Part shown: positions 24,611 to 36,066 of the stretch, one piece after another
Layout: each line of letters starts with the position of its first letter
How positions within the stretch are numbered: position 1 is the stretch's first letter
Source: Eremomyces bilateralis CBS 781.70
Lineage: Eukaryota
DNA length: 64,000 nt
Assembly (NCBI GenBank): GCA_010015585.1
Contig: ML975149.1
Direction: 5' to 3' (one strand)
The notes under the pieces: generated by a model
Told to the model about the DNA's origin: nothing
The model's database searches: none
What the model saw: only the letters and a program-made list of their open reading frames with translations
Made by a program: the position numbers and the translations under genes

Positions 24611-26593
24611 TACGCGCGAATCGAGGGGGAAAAGTAGGGTGCGGAGGTATCAGGACTCGAGAAATACCTTCCCTCGATCAATTCCCAAGGAGAAATTGGA
24701 GTTAGTGTGGGCGTGCAGCCAAAAATTGGCAGCACCGAGCAAAGGATGTGGAGGAGTTGATTGTTGAGGTTCTGTGTGCTGCACGTGTAAGAATCCACGT
24801 TTCGGAAAGCTTTCGGAGCCCATGTCGTGGAACAGAACGTACCTTGATGCTCCGATCTTGGATGGTTCTAAAGAGACAAGCAGGTATAGAGGTTGGGATG
24901 CACAAACGGCGTTATCGGATTCGCCACGAAAGAACAAAATGAGGAAATGTAAGAGATACCTCTAAAACTAAGATGGCCGATGGTCTCGTGCCCACCTTCC
25001 CTGACGTGTGGACTGTGGAGTGCCGACGTGGAGGCACAAGGGGAAGCACGAGTGAAGAGAATTATCAGAGAGCTTCCATGGTTGAGAGGTCGAGCTAAGG
25101 TTTCGTCCTCCGAACCCGCTGGACCCTAAAGTCTTAAACCATCAGTGATCATCGCTCCCCAGACTTGGAAGATAGGGTCCAATATTTGATATTTCATTCA
25201 TATGAAACGAAACGAATTCATCCAATACCTGTGTTCTCTCGACTTGAGGTGATGAATGCGAATTTATCACTAATAACAATAGATGGTCGAAAAGGTAGAA
25301 AACTAATCGCCAACGCCAGGAGGTTTAAGTACACAGTTGTGCTGTTTGCTCCTCCAAACACATTCTGATCATGCCGTTTCACCGTTTCTAGTGCTGGTCA
25401 GTCATTCCAAAAACGATGGAAGTGCTGGAACGGTGAGCAATCTCAAGTGTCAGCCCAGTTGTACTCGGTGACTGGGTTACGGTACCGGTATACCATGGGA
25501 CAATATAATTTCGTTGGATAGAGGACGGGAAGAATCGGACATGGTGGCTTTACCAGCAAACCGTGAGATTTGCCCTCGTATGAACTCTCAGCTCGAATAG
25601 AGACACTAGGGACTCAGTTGATTAGAAAGAAAATTGACTTAATAATAATTAGAGAGCACGATCAAGTTCGTATTGTATAGGTAAAGGTACGGAGTAGCCC
25701 GTCTAGCCTTGGAGTTTCGATTCGTCACCGTCATGCTCTGTCGACTGTCAGGAATCACTGTAACGTTGCCAGCGACCTAGAGTTTTCAGGGTAGCAATCT
25801 TCAGCCAAAGCCAGACGATATGTTTGTGTGGAAGGATTTAGATAGGAAAAGGTGACAAACAAGAGAGGATACTGACGAATCGGAGATAGAATACGACGGG
25901 GACAAGGCGATTTCTGAAAACAGATTGGAGGTTTGGCAGGGGGGCAGGGAGGCGCGGACTGGCGGGGCGACTGCCATTGTTGATCATGGAATATTAATAG
26001 TGAACATACTTCAGCTACTACTATAACATACATTTCTATTTCTGCGTACCGATACTTTCGTGATCTTTCTATACGGTACCTAGGTATATACATATAAATT
26101 TAACCAGCACGGCCTTCATTCTCGAGTGTCTATCGCCCAGTGCAGAGGAGCAGTTCGGAGCAGCATCCCCTTTCGTGATACAGTTGACCAATGTTCCTCC
26201 ATCCCCGGGAAAACGAATCCTGGATCATACTAGGACATATTGACCTTTCCAACCTTTGAGGTTCTTATTAACTAAAGTCATGTTGGATCTTCATTGGATA
26301 TTCGATGCTGAAGCTCAGGATCGCCGAATTTCTAGCCGTCCCGCGTGTAACCTCATGACCGCAAGTCTTACCAACCCTTGCACTATTTCCAACCTCATGC
26401 TTGCTGCAGGCACCAGAGATAACGATAGTCATCCGTATCTAAGGCAGCCATGGCGTCGATTCCGTCGGCAAATTTGCCGCTCCGAAGGATCTCGCGAGGG
26501 AGGGATACAGCCTGGGAGATGCCAGCTCTGCTGTTATTCCCCCTTCCGCATTGAGGAGACGATATCGAGTATCCAGACCAATCAACAAACCAA

Positions 26594-29117
26594 ATGGCGG
26601 GCGAGCAATCGAGCCCGAACGAGCGAACGCATCTCTTGGGCGCTCATAGTGATAGGACGCCACGTCGAAATAGCCGGGCTAGAGAATCGGAAGTACAGTC
26701 CGTTGTGGGGAGTGCAGTGAGCAAGGAAGAAGCAGCACTGGGACAGAGCATCATTGGAGAACGACTCCCCTACAGCGAGTATACGACCATCGATTGGCTT
26801 CATGACATAGTATGACCTCCACTGAGCTTCCAAACGAATGGGTTCTAGGATATGACGCTGACGTCTATGCGAAGGTCAAATCCTCATACCGCTACCGGTC
26901 TCTACGTCCACCACTCACGACACCCACTCTCCGTACCCGCCTCGATAACATCCTCGACCTTCTGACACCATGGATTGCCGTTGCACTCATTGGAGCACTC
27001 ACGGCCATAATCGCGTTCCTAGTCGACGTTGCCGTCGCCGTCGTCTCAGATTACAAGCTTGGGTATTGTCCCTGGGCCCTGACCCCTCGAGAAGAGTGCG
27101 CCAGCTTCCGGTTTTGGTTCACCGACAAGAACATTGAGCAAGTCGATATATCGAGAAGCGGGTTTTGGGCTGCGTACGCGGTTTACGTGACGTGGGCTCT
27201 GCTGTTCGGAGTCATTTCGTCGGGCTTGACCATGACGACTAAGAAAGAGCTGCCAACTGCGTCGGCAAACGAGGGAGGGGTCAAGGTCCCAGATACAGGT
27301 TCTGGTGAGACACGTACATATAATAATAAGGAGACGGGAAAGATCATGTACATGGCAGCAGGGTCGGGTATCCCCGAGCTCAAGACCATCCTCTCGGGGT
27401 TCCAAATCCCGCATATCCTCTCCTTCCCTATCCTCGTGGTTAAGGCGATCGGTTCGATCTTCGCGGTCGCTACAGGCATGTGTTTGGGGAAAGAAGGGCC
27501 TTTCGTCCATATCTCCGGCTGCGTGGGCAATCTGGTCGGCGAGCGGTTCGAGAAGTTCCGCGAGAACGGTCGTATGATGAGAGAGCTGCTGTCCGCCAGT
27601 TGCGCCGCTGGTCTCAGCGTCGCTTTCGGTGCCCCTATCGGCGGTGTTCTCTTCAGTTACGAGGAAATCAGCACGTATTTTCCCCGTAAAGTCCTCTGGA
27701 GAGCGTTCCTGTGCAGCATGGTGGCTGCTGTGGTCCTGAAGGAGCTCAATCCCACTGGAACTGGGAAGTTGGTTTTGTTTGAGACGAAATTCAATGCGAC
27801 ATACGAGCCACTGCATTACGTCATATTTGTTTTCCTCGGCGTCGCTGGTGGCATATTTGGAGGGATCTTCTGTCAGGCAAACTACCTGTGGAGCAAGTGG
27901 TTCCGATCGTTTCCAGTCATTAAGAAGTATCCAGTCTTTGAGTGTTTCCTGGTCGTATTCGCTACCGCAGTTTTGCAGTTCCCTAATCCGGTTCTGAGAG
28001 AGACTGGCGATACGATAGTGGAGAGACTGTTGGTCGACTGCTCCTCGGGCATCACATATCATGAGTGGATTTGCGTCCATGAGCGGCAGATGGAATCCAG
28101 CTCCAATTGGGGCTATGTCGCGTGGCTCATTTACGGGACGCTGGTCAAGCTGGTATTGATGATCATCACTTTTGGCCTCAAGGTTCCGAGTGGTGTCATT
28201 ATTCCCGCGCTGGATGGCGGAGCCTTCTTTGGTCGGCTCGTGGGGCAATTTGTCCCTGATATCAACCCTGGGATCTTCGCCATGGTGGGAGCGGGTGCCT
28301 TTCTCGCCGGCGTTAGTCGGATGACCATATCGCTTTGCGTCATCATGTTCGAGGTAGGGAGTTTCGCATCCGCTGGGGCATTTTGCTAACGCTCTTATAG
28401 CTAACCGGTGAACTTGAATTCACGCTACCGAATATGATCGCCATCCTGACGGCCAAGTTCGTCGCTGACGCCATCTCCTTAGAAAGCGTATATGATCTCG
28501 CTCAAACCGTCCTGGGCCACCCCTTCCTAGATAACGAGCATGCTCTTCAGCGCGTGCAGCACTCGACGACACCGCTCACCGCCGCGGAGTTAATGCCACC
28601 GAAGCAGACCATGGACGAGATCACCATCCACGTCCCTCGTTCCAACAAAGTAAGCCTGAAGCTTCTCAACGAACGCCTGGAGCTCCTTCGACGTCGGGGC
28701 CTCCACGACGCTGGGCTGGTGCTGGTCCAAAAGCATGCTGGCGTCGACATCTGCCAAGGGTATCTGGCCCAGGCAGAGCTTGCGTTCGGGGTGGAAGAGA
28801 TGGCCCCCGTTTATCTTAGCGCCGAGGACACGAGTTACGCACGCACAGAAATCGAGATCCGCCTGCTTGGGTCCGCGGCCGAGTTGGATGAAGCCACAGA
28901 GTCTCCAACAGGGACACCAGTGCTGGATCTCACCGCGTTTGTGGACCGGACGCCGTTGTCGTTAACGGCGAATGCACCGTTGGAGTATGCGGTCGAGATG
29001 TTTGGTAAGCTTGGATTGAGGTATTTAATGTTGACGGAGGAGAGTACCGGTGCGTTGGCTGGGGTGGTCATCAAGAAGAGGATGGTCGGGTACTTGGATA
29101 CTCTCGGTCATCATTAA
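26594..29117 (+). CDS. CLC chloride channel / Cl-/H+ antiporter with CBS domains
   Basis: YTTIDWLHD, GSGIPE, GKEGP, AFGAPIGGVLFSYEE; introns at about 26810-26874 and 28354-28400; C-terminal CBS-like repeats. Confidence 0.93.
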
Positions 29118-29679
29118 TTGATATTCGGATTGTCGAGGGCTTGGGTTGGGTCTAACATGTTGAGTAAAGGTAGTACCTTACCTACCTGCCACTAAGTTCG
29201 GATTAGAGCCACAAGTCGTGATGTATGTAGTAGAGCTGGACGCGATACATAGTAGATCAATGCATACCCTTATTACGGCCAAAGACTTCCCGGTATCAAT
29301 GGCATTCCCTCAGCTTTCTTGACTGATCGAATTCATTACACATACGGTAGTCGGACCCCATCCCATGAATTGGGCTGACGAGATCATAGCCTGTGTGGGG
29401 GCAAATAATCATAGCATCGACAACCATGCTCTAGACCGCGACTATCGCTTACTTTACTAGCTAAAGATATGAAGAGTCATTATTTAGGCATGCAGAGAAT
29501 ATCTCCAAGTATTTCTTAAAAGGAGGTATCGCCATGCCACACGATGAGGACGCGTTGCCTCGGATGATGCCATCACAGCTTTTTCAAACCACCCCACTGT
29601 TAGACTGCTAACTTCCAAACCACGCGAAAAGGATCTCCATTAACGCTTATTGATTGAAATACTATTAGCCACTGCAACC

Positions 29680-31440
29680 ATGGATGAAGAAGTACTTCAT
29701 GTCGCGCCGATCGATACGGCGCACTACCACGCGATACCTCCTGCGCCGCGTCATGCCGTTTCAACACATCTTCCCGGGTATTTATGATTTTGACAACTTT
29801 GTGTAGTTGACAGGTAGCTAATTGTTAACCGTAGGTGGGACAATGTTATTCGACTTGGAAAGAAGGATCCGGGACTCATTGCTCAATTTGTGAATATGTA
29901 TCCACGATTTGTGCTCCATAAGGACGTGAAGTCGGTATGAAAATCCTCCAGTGCCAGGCGTAGATGTCTGGCTGATTTGCTCAAGCTCATTGCGTCCGTC
30001 CTCCAACATGTCAAGTCGGCAGGTCTCTTCTGCTTCCCGTTTCCGAGCAGGAAATCTGCACAGGAATTCGTGGACTACGTTACGACATCACCAAGGCCAG
30101 ACGGCTTGGACGCGTTGGATGCGAGCGAAGTCACCATCCGAGGCTTTGAGATCGTGAATCGGCTCTTCTTCGTCTTCTTTCCGGTGACCAAAATCCCTCT
30201 GGTCATGAATTTCTGGACGAATACAGGCCTTGGTACTTCTAGTCGGCTGGCGGAAGCGAACCTCGCAGACGGTGACAAGATCCAAGAGGTCTCAATATCC
30301 GAAAGCCTCAGTCACAGGAGCTTGGAATCGCCGGCTCATGAGAAGTTGCGAAATCGAATCGTAGATTTACTGCAGAGAGCCCCGTTAGATGAAGCTCGAG
30401 CAAAGAAGGTGTCACCCAAAGACGTCTTTTTGTATCAAAACGGGATGGCCGCGATATTTAACGTCCACGACACTCTGAGACGCTGGAAGAAGCTCCCATC
30501 CAAGACCATCATGTTCGGAGTGCCGTTCCATCAGACCCTCCGGATATTCGAATACTGGGGCGCCGGTGTGGAGTTATTGCCACTGGGCGCTGAGTATGAC
30601 GAGCTCGAGCGAATACTGGATTCCGAGGCCGCGGATGGCAGACCTGTGCAGGCCATCTGGGCGGAAATACCTTCAAATCCACTCCTAGTCACTTCGGACT
30701 TGAAGCGACTCCGTTCGCTGGCTGACAAGCACTCCTGTGCCTTCGTTATCGATGACACCGTCGGGAGCTTTTCAAACGTTGACGTCCTGGGACTTGCCGA
30801 TATTATCCTGACCTCCTTAACGAAGAGCTTCAGTGGTTATGCGGATGTCATGGGAGGAAGCGCCACCCTTAATCCTTCCTCGACTATTTACGAAGAGCTC
30901 CGGCCCCTTTTCGAAAAGAATTACGAGACTGAAATGTTCTCTGCTGATGCCGAAGTCCTATTTCAGAATAGCGAGGATTACCTGAAGCGATCGACAACAC
31001 TGAACCGCAACGCAGAGTCACTTGTGAATTATCTGCAGTCATTGACGAAGAGATCGAGTAGCAGTGTTTCTCGCGTGTTCTACCCGACGGTGTCATCGAC
31101 GAGAGCGAATTTCGATGCGCTCAAACGACCAGCGACAGAAGAATTCGAGCCAGGATATGGTTGTCTATTTAGCGTTGAGTTGGACACTGTCGAGGCAGTG
31201 ATCGCGTTCTACAATAATCTGCACGTTCATAATGGACCACATCTCGGTGCCCATAGAACCATTGCCCTAGCGTACGTGAAGGGACTCTACCTTACAGAAC
31301 TGGACCGGGTGGCAAAATGGGGTTTGAAGGAAAGCCAGATACGGATTTCGGTTGGGCTTGAAGATTCCGAAGATTTGCTTCGAGCATTCAAATACGCTGT
31401 TCAATGCGCCGATGCTACAAGAAGCACCTTGGATATCTGA
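29680..31440 (+). CDS. Cystathionine gamma-synthase-like PLP enzyme (Str2 type)
   Basis: HAVSTHLP, YPRF, EIPSNPLL, FVIDDTVG, TSLTKSFSGYADVMGGS (PLP lysine), IRISVGLED; two 5' introns. Confidence 0.88.
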
Positions 31441-32600
31441 TCATACTAGAGTATAGGAAGATGAAAGGTGGAGTCTTTAGATTAAAGACATGTTAGATAT
31501 CAGACTCATTTAGATCGCATGGCTTAAGAGAGCGGAGAAGGGTCATGCTCTGAGCGTTTGCTTCCTTTTTTTTTAGATTGATTGAGGAAGGTACCTTATC
31601 CTTCAACCTCTGAAGAGACTTGTAACAAAATAAACGGTCGAAGTCCACGGATAGACCACTGGGTGTACCTCGTACCTTACTCGTGCAAGAAGCCAATCGA
31701 TGATCCCCTTCTTGAGGGAGTCTGTTTTAAAGCTCACATCCCTATTCTGGTCTGTCATTTCCTGGGCATTGATGGCTCGCTGAAACATGTCAGTTTCTAA
31801 CTTCTCGATATGCCGGTGCATTTTCACCTGTGTATCTCGGACCAACGCATCCCCCGATATGCAGGCATGGATGCGATCGTTCGCAAGAAGTTTCCGAGCA
31901 TTTGAGTTGGGCAAGGCAGTTCACGACTGATTATATTCGGCGTCTTAATCTTTCCATTAATAGAGTTTGAAAACCGGCAACTATATCGGTCAGAATATAC
32001 ACTGACCGACCTCCATGCAGTCTCTTTGCCCGCACTGATTTCACTCTGCAGTCTCATCCCTCAGCCTCGTCCCTCAGCCTCGTCCAACAAAGGCTACCCA
32101 AGCGTCGATGCCTATATATAGGGTGTGCCGCGGCCTTGACTTTCAAGTCGATGCATGGCTGTGGTGTGATACAGGTTACTGACAGGACTGACCTGACCGG
32201 CTCTTTCATGGTCGTCTTTGGCCTGCTCGAAAACAGTCCGTGGTGTGCTCTCATGTTAATGGAGTCGGAAATGGACGAGAATGATGATATATTCGACGAA
32301 ATTAGCAACGCATTTTCCCGGGACAGCATCCATAATGATAGGGCAAGTATCTGTCTTCGGGGACATAACTGGCGATTCGAAGTGGAGATGTCGGTGGCTT
32401 TCCGATGTGCGCGGAGTGCGACAGATGCGAAGTAATCCCTATCCATCAACAGTAGCTAAGGAAAAATCTGCCGGGAAGAAAAAGAAGGCCGGTGGTAAGC
32501 GTAGGAAGCGCATCCGGCGTGCGAAATCCTGATAGAGTGGCACATGAGTACTGGGAAACGCCGGTCAGCATAGAATTTGTAACGCTACGAAGACAAAGCG

Positions 32601-35108
32601 CTAATTATTTTCCCAGTGAAGTTGAAACCCCCGCGACCCTGTCCCGAATTGTATCGTCTCCTCATCGTCCTCGAATGGCGTTGGATCAAGCATGGCCATT
32701 TCACCATCATAGTCGGAACCCGCTGATTCGTCATCGTAATCACTATCTTCACTCGCCGTAAAAGTTCCGGGGTCGAGGGTTCTGCTTGGTTGGTTGGATT
32801 GTGTTGTCTCCGTGGGATCCTGATCTTTCGGCTTGGGACTACTCGTTCGAGCGTCTGGTGTCGGCAATGCTTTTTCATGCGATACCTTTTCATGGGATTC
32901 CCCTTTCTGTGATGTTCCTTTCAGCAATTCCCCTTTTTGTGATGGCCCTTTTTGCGAAGCTTCTTTCAGCGATTCCTCTTTTTGCGAGGGTCCTTTCTGC
33001 AATGCTCCTTCCTGCGATACCTCTTCATTCGATACGACTTTATTATGTGGCGCCCCTTGATGCGGCTTCCACTCAAGCGGTGCCTCTCTCTGTACTGAAA
33101 GCTGTGCGTTCATCTTAGACAAACCCGGTTGGACAGTCGCTTGTTCGACAACACCCTTCTTAGCATCGTCGATATGCAGGTTCTCAAGTACTGCAAGGTG
33201 ACTCTCGATCTCGCCTCGAATCTGCGCATCGTCTACAATATGCTGACGAGGTCTTGGCGGTAGCGGAGGTTTTTCTTCCGAAGCGTCCGCTCCCAAATCC
33301 GCCCATCCGATCTTTTCCAAGATTTTGCCGATCTTGCTCTGGTAACTGGCATGCCCGTCGACGATATCGCAAACGTCGAAATTCTCGACTCCGTGAACGT
33401 ATTTGACGGGTTGGAGGCCAGCGACACCGAACTGGATGCTGCTCGCGCGGTATAGGAAGCCTAGAATGAGGTCATCGCCGTTGTAGACATTCACAACGCG
33501 ACCAGTCACGATTGCTCGAATGTTGGTCCAGGGCCCGGATGAGCCCGGTACTGGACTTCCGATGAGGACGACGTTTTCGATAATCCCGAAAGCATTCTGG
33601 GTCGCGAGTTCCAGAAGACAGGCGTATATCAGTCGAGCCCCAAGACTGTATCCGATGAGTGTGACGGGACGTTCTCCTTGGACTTTCGCCAGGAGGGCTT
33701 TTGCCAGGACTTTGCCCGCTTTATCCGCTCGAGCCTTGCCGACAGAGAACGGATTATCGACGATGCTTGCAACTTTCAACAGCCCTAACGGCCATAGTCC
33801 AGCGGCCAAACTGCCGAGTAACGTCCGCCGGAGGATCTCATATTTTGCAGAATCCCAAACGTATGTTTTCAGGACCGTGTTTAAGGAGACACCCAGGCGA
33901 AGAAGTGTTTCAACCTCCCATTGGAGGGCAAAGGCTTCGGACGAACCGGAATCGCAAGCTAGCCATGGACGAGTGATGTCGGATTCCTCATTAATCCATC
34001 CTGAAATTCCGATGCTCACTCGCAGATGATGTTCAGCCTCACCGGCATCTGGAGCAGCGTCGTTCACAGTATCCGGCTTGAGCGGAACAAACTTGAAGTC
34101 TTGGACTTCCTTCGCGTAGCTGTCCATCATTTTCCCGGTCATTTTGGCACCGTAGGCGCCGAACAACGCGCCGATAATGACACCGTTGCCTGCCAGTGCT
34201 CCAAGGAGACCGGACACGGCTCCTAAACCTAGTCCACCGAACACGGTCGAGATCCCCGCGGCGAGGAGGGGCGCTGCTAGGCCTCCAGTCACCCCAATCA
34301 CCGCGGCACCAGCAACGGCGGCAAGACCGACTTTCCATTTCCGTGCGGTTGCCTCACCTGCATCGTTGCTGTTTGTGTGTGCAGCCAGAGCCGCCTGGAG
34401 AAGTAGATGGGCCACATCGCTTTCGTACTTCACCAGATCTTGGTATGTGACCTGAAGACTTGCGGCCAGCTGCAGCAACAGGATTCGAGAATGCCCAGTG
34501 TAAGACTCCAGGCTCAAAAGCAGTAGCAGAGCGCTCTGAACCAACTTCGACTTCTGCTCTGCAGACATCGTAGACAATTTTGTGGGGATTGGATCAAATG
34601 GAAGTAGACGCAGATTCTGTTTCACTTCGCGTTCTTCTCCATTCGCCCAAGACATGAAATCTTCCTCTTCCTTGGCTTTGGAAACCTTAGCTTGTCGGTC
34701 CGCATAAGACTTTCGAGCCTGTCGAACCGTCTCTGGTCTAACGTTGAGGACCTCGCATGATCGTTTGAGAACTCTTGACCGCCAGGAGTCGAAGTATGTT
34801 AGGCTCTCCCGCTTTATACCTTGGATGGCCGAAGATGACAATTCCCGTGATCTCTCAGCTAGAACTGCGGCTTCTCCATCCTTGGCTCGTGACGGAACTC
34901 CATCGTCTAGATCGATCAAAGAGTGACTCTCCTGTTTCTCCTGTCTCTCGGGCGGTTCGAAGACCGCGCAATGAGCCTTCCGCATCGCATCGGTGGAGAG
35001 GAGCAGCAGAAGAGCAAACTCGACTTTCAAGCTCGGGGAGGGAAGGAGGTCGGATAACGAGTCCCCGTCATTTTGAGACGCCGGCGGAGCTTTCAAGAAC
35101 GAGAGCAT
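32601..35108 (-). CDS. DUF726 (Mil1/TMCO4-like) membrane-associated alpha/beta-hydrolase-like protein
   Basis: GVTGGLAAPL glycine-rich hydrophobic segment; RPVTLIGYSLGAR nucleophile elbow; first ATG at 35108. Confidence 0.88.
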   Translation of the reverse strand: MLSFLKAPPASQNDGDSLSDLLPSPSLKVEFALLLLLSTDAMRKAHCAVFEPPERQEKQESHSLIDLDDGVPSRAKDGEAAVLAERSRELSSSAIQGIKRESLTYFDSWRSRVLKRSCEVLNVRPETVRQARKSYADRQAKVSKAKEEEDFMSWANGEEREVKQNLRLLPFDPIPTKLSTMSAEQKSKLVQSALLLLLSLESYTGHSRILLLQLAASLQVTYQDLVKYESDVAHLLLQAALAAHTNSNDAGEATARKWKVGLAAVAGAAVIGVTGGLAAPLLAAGISTVFGGLGLGAVSGLLGALAGNGVIIGALFGAYGAKMTGKMMDSYAKEVQDFKFVPLKPDTVNDAAPDAGEAEHHLRVSIGISGWINEESDITRPWLACDSGSSEAFALQWEVETLLRLGVSLNTVLKTYVWDSAKYEILRRTLLGSLAAGLWPLGLLKVASIVDNPFSVGKARADKAGKVLAKALLAKVQGERPVTLIGYSLGARLIYACLLELATQNAFGIIENVVLIGSPVPGSSGPWTNIRAIVTGRVVNVYNGDDLILGFLYRASSIQFGVAGLQPVKYVHGVENFDVCDIVDGHASYQSKIGKILEKIGWADLGADASEEKPPLPPRPRQHIVDDAQIRGEIESHLAVLENLHIDDAKKGVVEQATVQPGLSKMNAQLSVQREAPLEWKPHQGAPHNKVVSNEEVSQEGALQKGPSQKEESLKEASQKGPSQKGELLKGTSQKGESHEKVSHEKALPTPDARTSSPKPKDQDPTETTQSNQPSRTLDPGTFTASEDSDYDDESAGSDYDGEMAMLDPTPFEDDEETIQFGTGSRGFQLHWENN
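32866..33030 (-). repeat. Coding 15-bp minisatellite (pentapeptide repeats) in the DUF726 C-terminus
   Basis: EEVSQ EGALQ KGPSQ KEESL KEASQ KGPSQ KGELL KGTSQ KGESH EKVSH EKA. Confidence 0.8.
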
Positions 35109-36066
35109 GTCGGAATTTACCACTCAAACGCGTCCCAATCGTCTAGAGTGGGAGGCTCAATTCAAAAATCGAAACTGCTGGTTTATCTCCTCTCTGACTA
35201 TGGGTTCGAAGGACCACCTCGTGCAGTTCCAGTTGACAACTAAGGGCCCGATATCCTAGAACAAGCGACGGAAGGAGGTCAGAACGAGGATAGAAGGATT
35301 GGATTCTGGTTGATATACAGGTACGAGCCTTGAATCGAAGCCAGAACAGGCGATTCACTCCGCCTCTTGGCCTCTATCGGACAGATGTCATCATCACTTT
35401 TGATGCTCTGTCTAAGCGTCTATATGAGTATTCCCTAGGCACTTTAGGAGTGGTTCATCACGTTTGGTCCTCAGGAATGCCTGGTAATTCCGAGCTGCCT
35501 CCCTTACCGCTTCTAAATGAGGTGAACGTGGCTAGAACGCGACACGTCGCGTAAATTTCGGAAGTATCAGCTCGAGCGGTGATTGGTTACACAGCACACG
35601 GTTAAATAATGTACGTACATGGATGCGTGGATGCGTCTCGGCCCGCCCTTGTCTGGTCACGTGCCAGGCGGTGCCCCCTTTCGAAATTTCCTGAATTTTG
35701 GTTCAAGCCACCACATCGAACCAGAGATCTGCTGAACCCTTCATCCGCGACGGTTACTGACGACGGTTCACCATTCGGTTAATACCCCCTTCATCACGAT
35801 ATGGTCCACTATCGCGTCCACTCCTCTAATCTTTGCTTTGATTCTTTCGCGTCTGCGTAGTCACTCTTTGGACTGGTTTTCTTTTGTTGGAAGAAGAGAG
35901 TCGCGTTGAACCGTGGGAGTGAGCTCTGAGCTGTCACCTCCCGCTGACGTCGTACGCGTCCCGAAACCCCCGGTTGCTTTCGGTGCCATCCGAACTCTGC
36001 TCGAGGATCTTCGAAGTGAATGGTTTGATCATGGTCATGGACGTGGTCTGTTAATGAGGTTGTTGA

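Noticed and set aside
25249..25370. GTGATGA...CTGA box C/D-like pair
   Set aside because: Only a 3-bp terminal stem and no recognisable rRNA guide; compatible with chance.
31603..32449. Short minus-strand ORFs between the PLP enzyme and DUF726
   Set aside because: No consistent spliced model or domain could be built.
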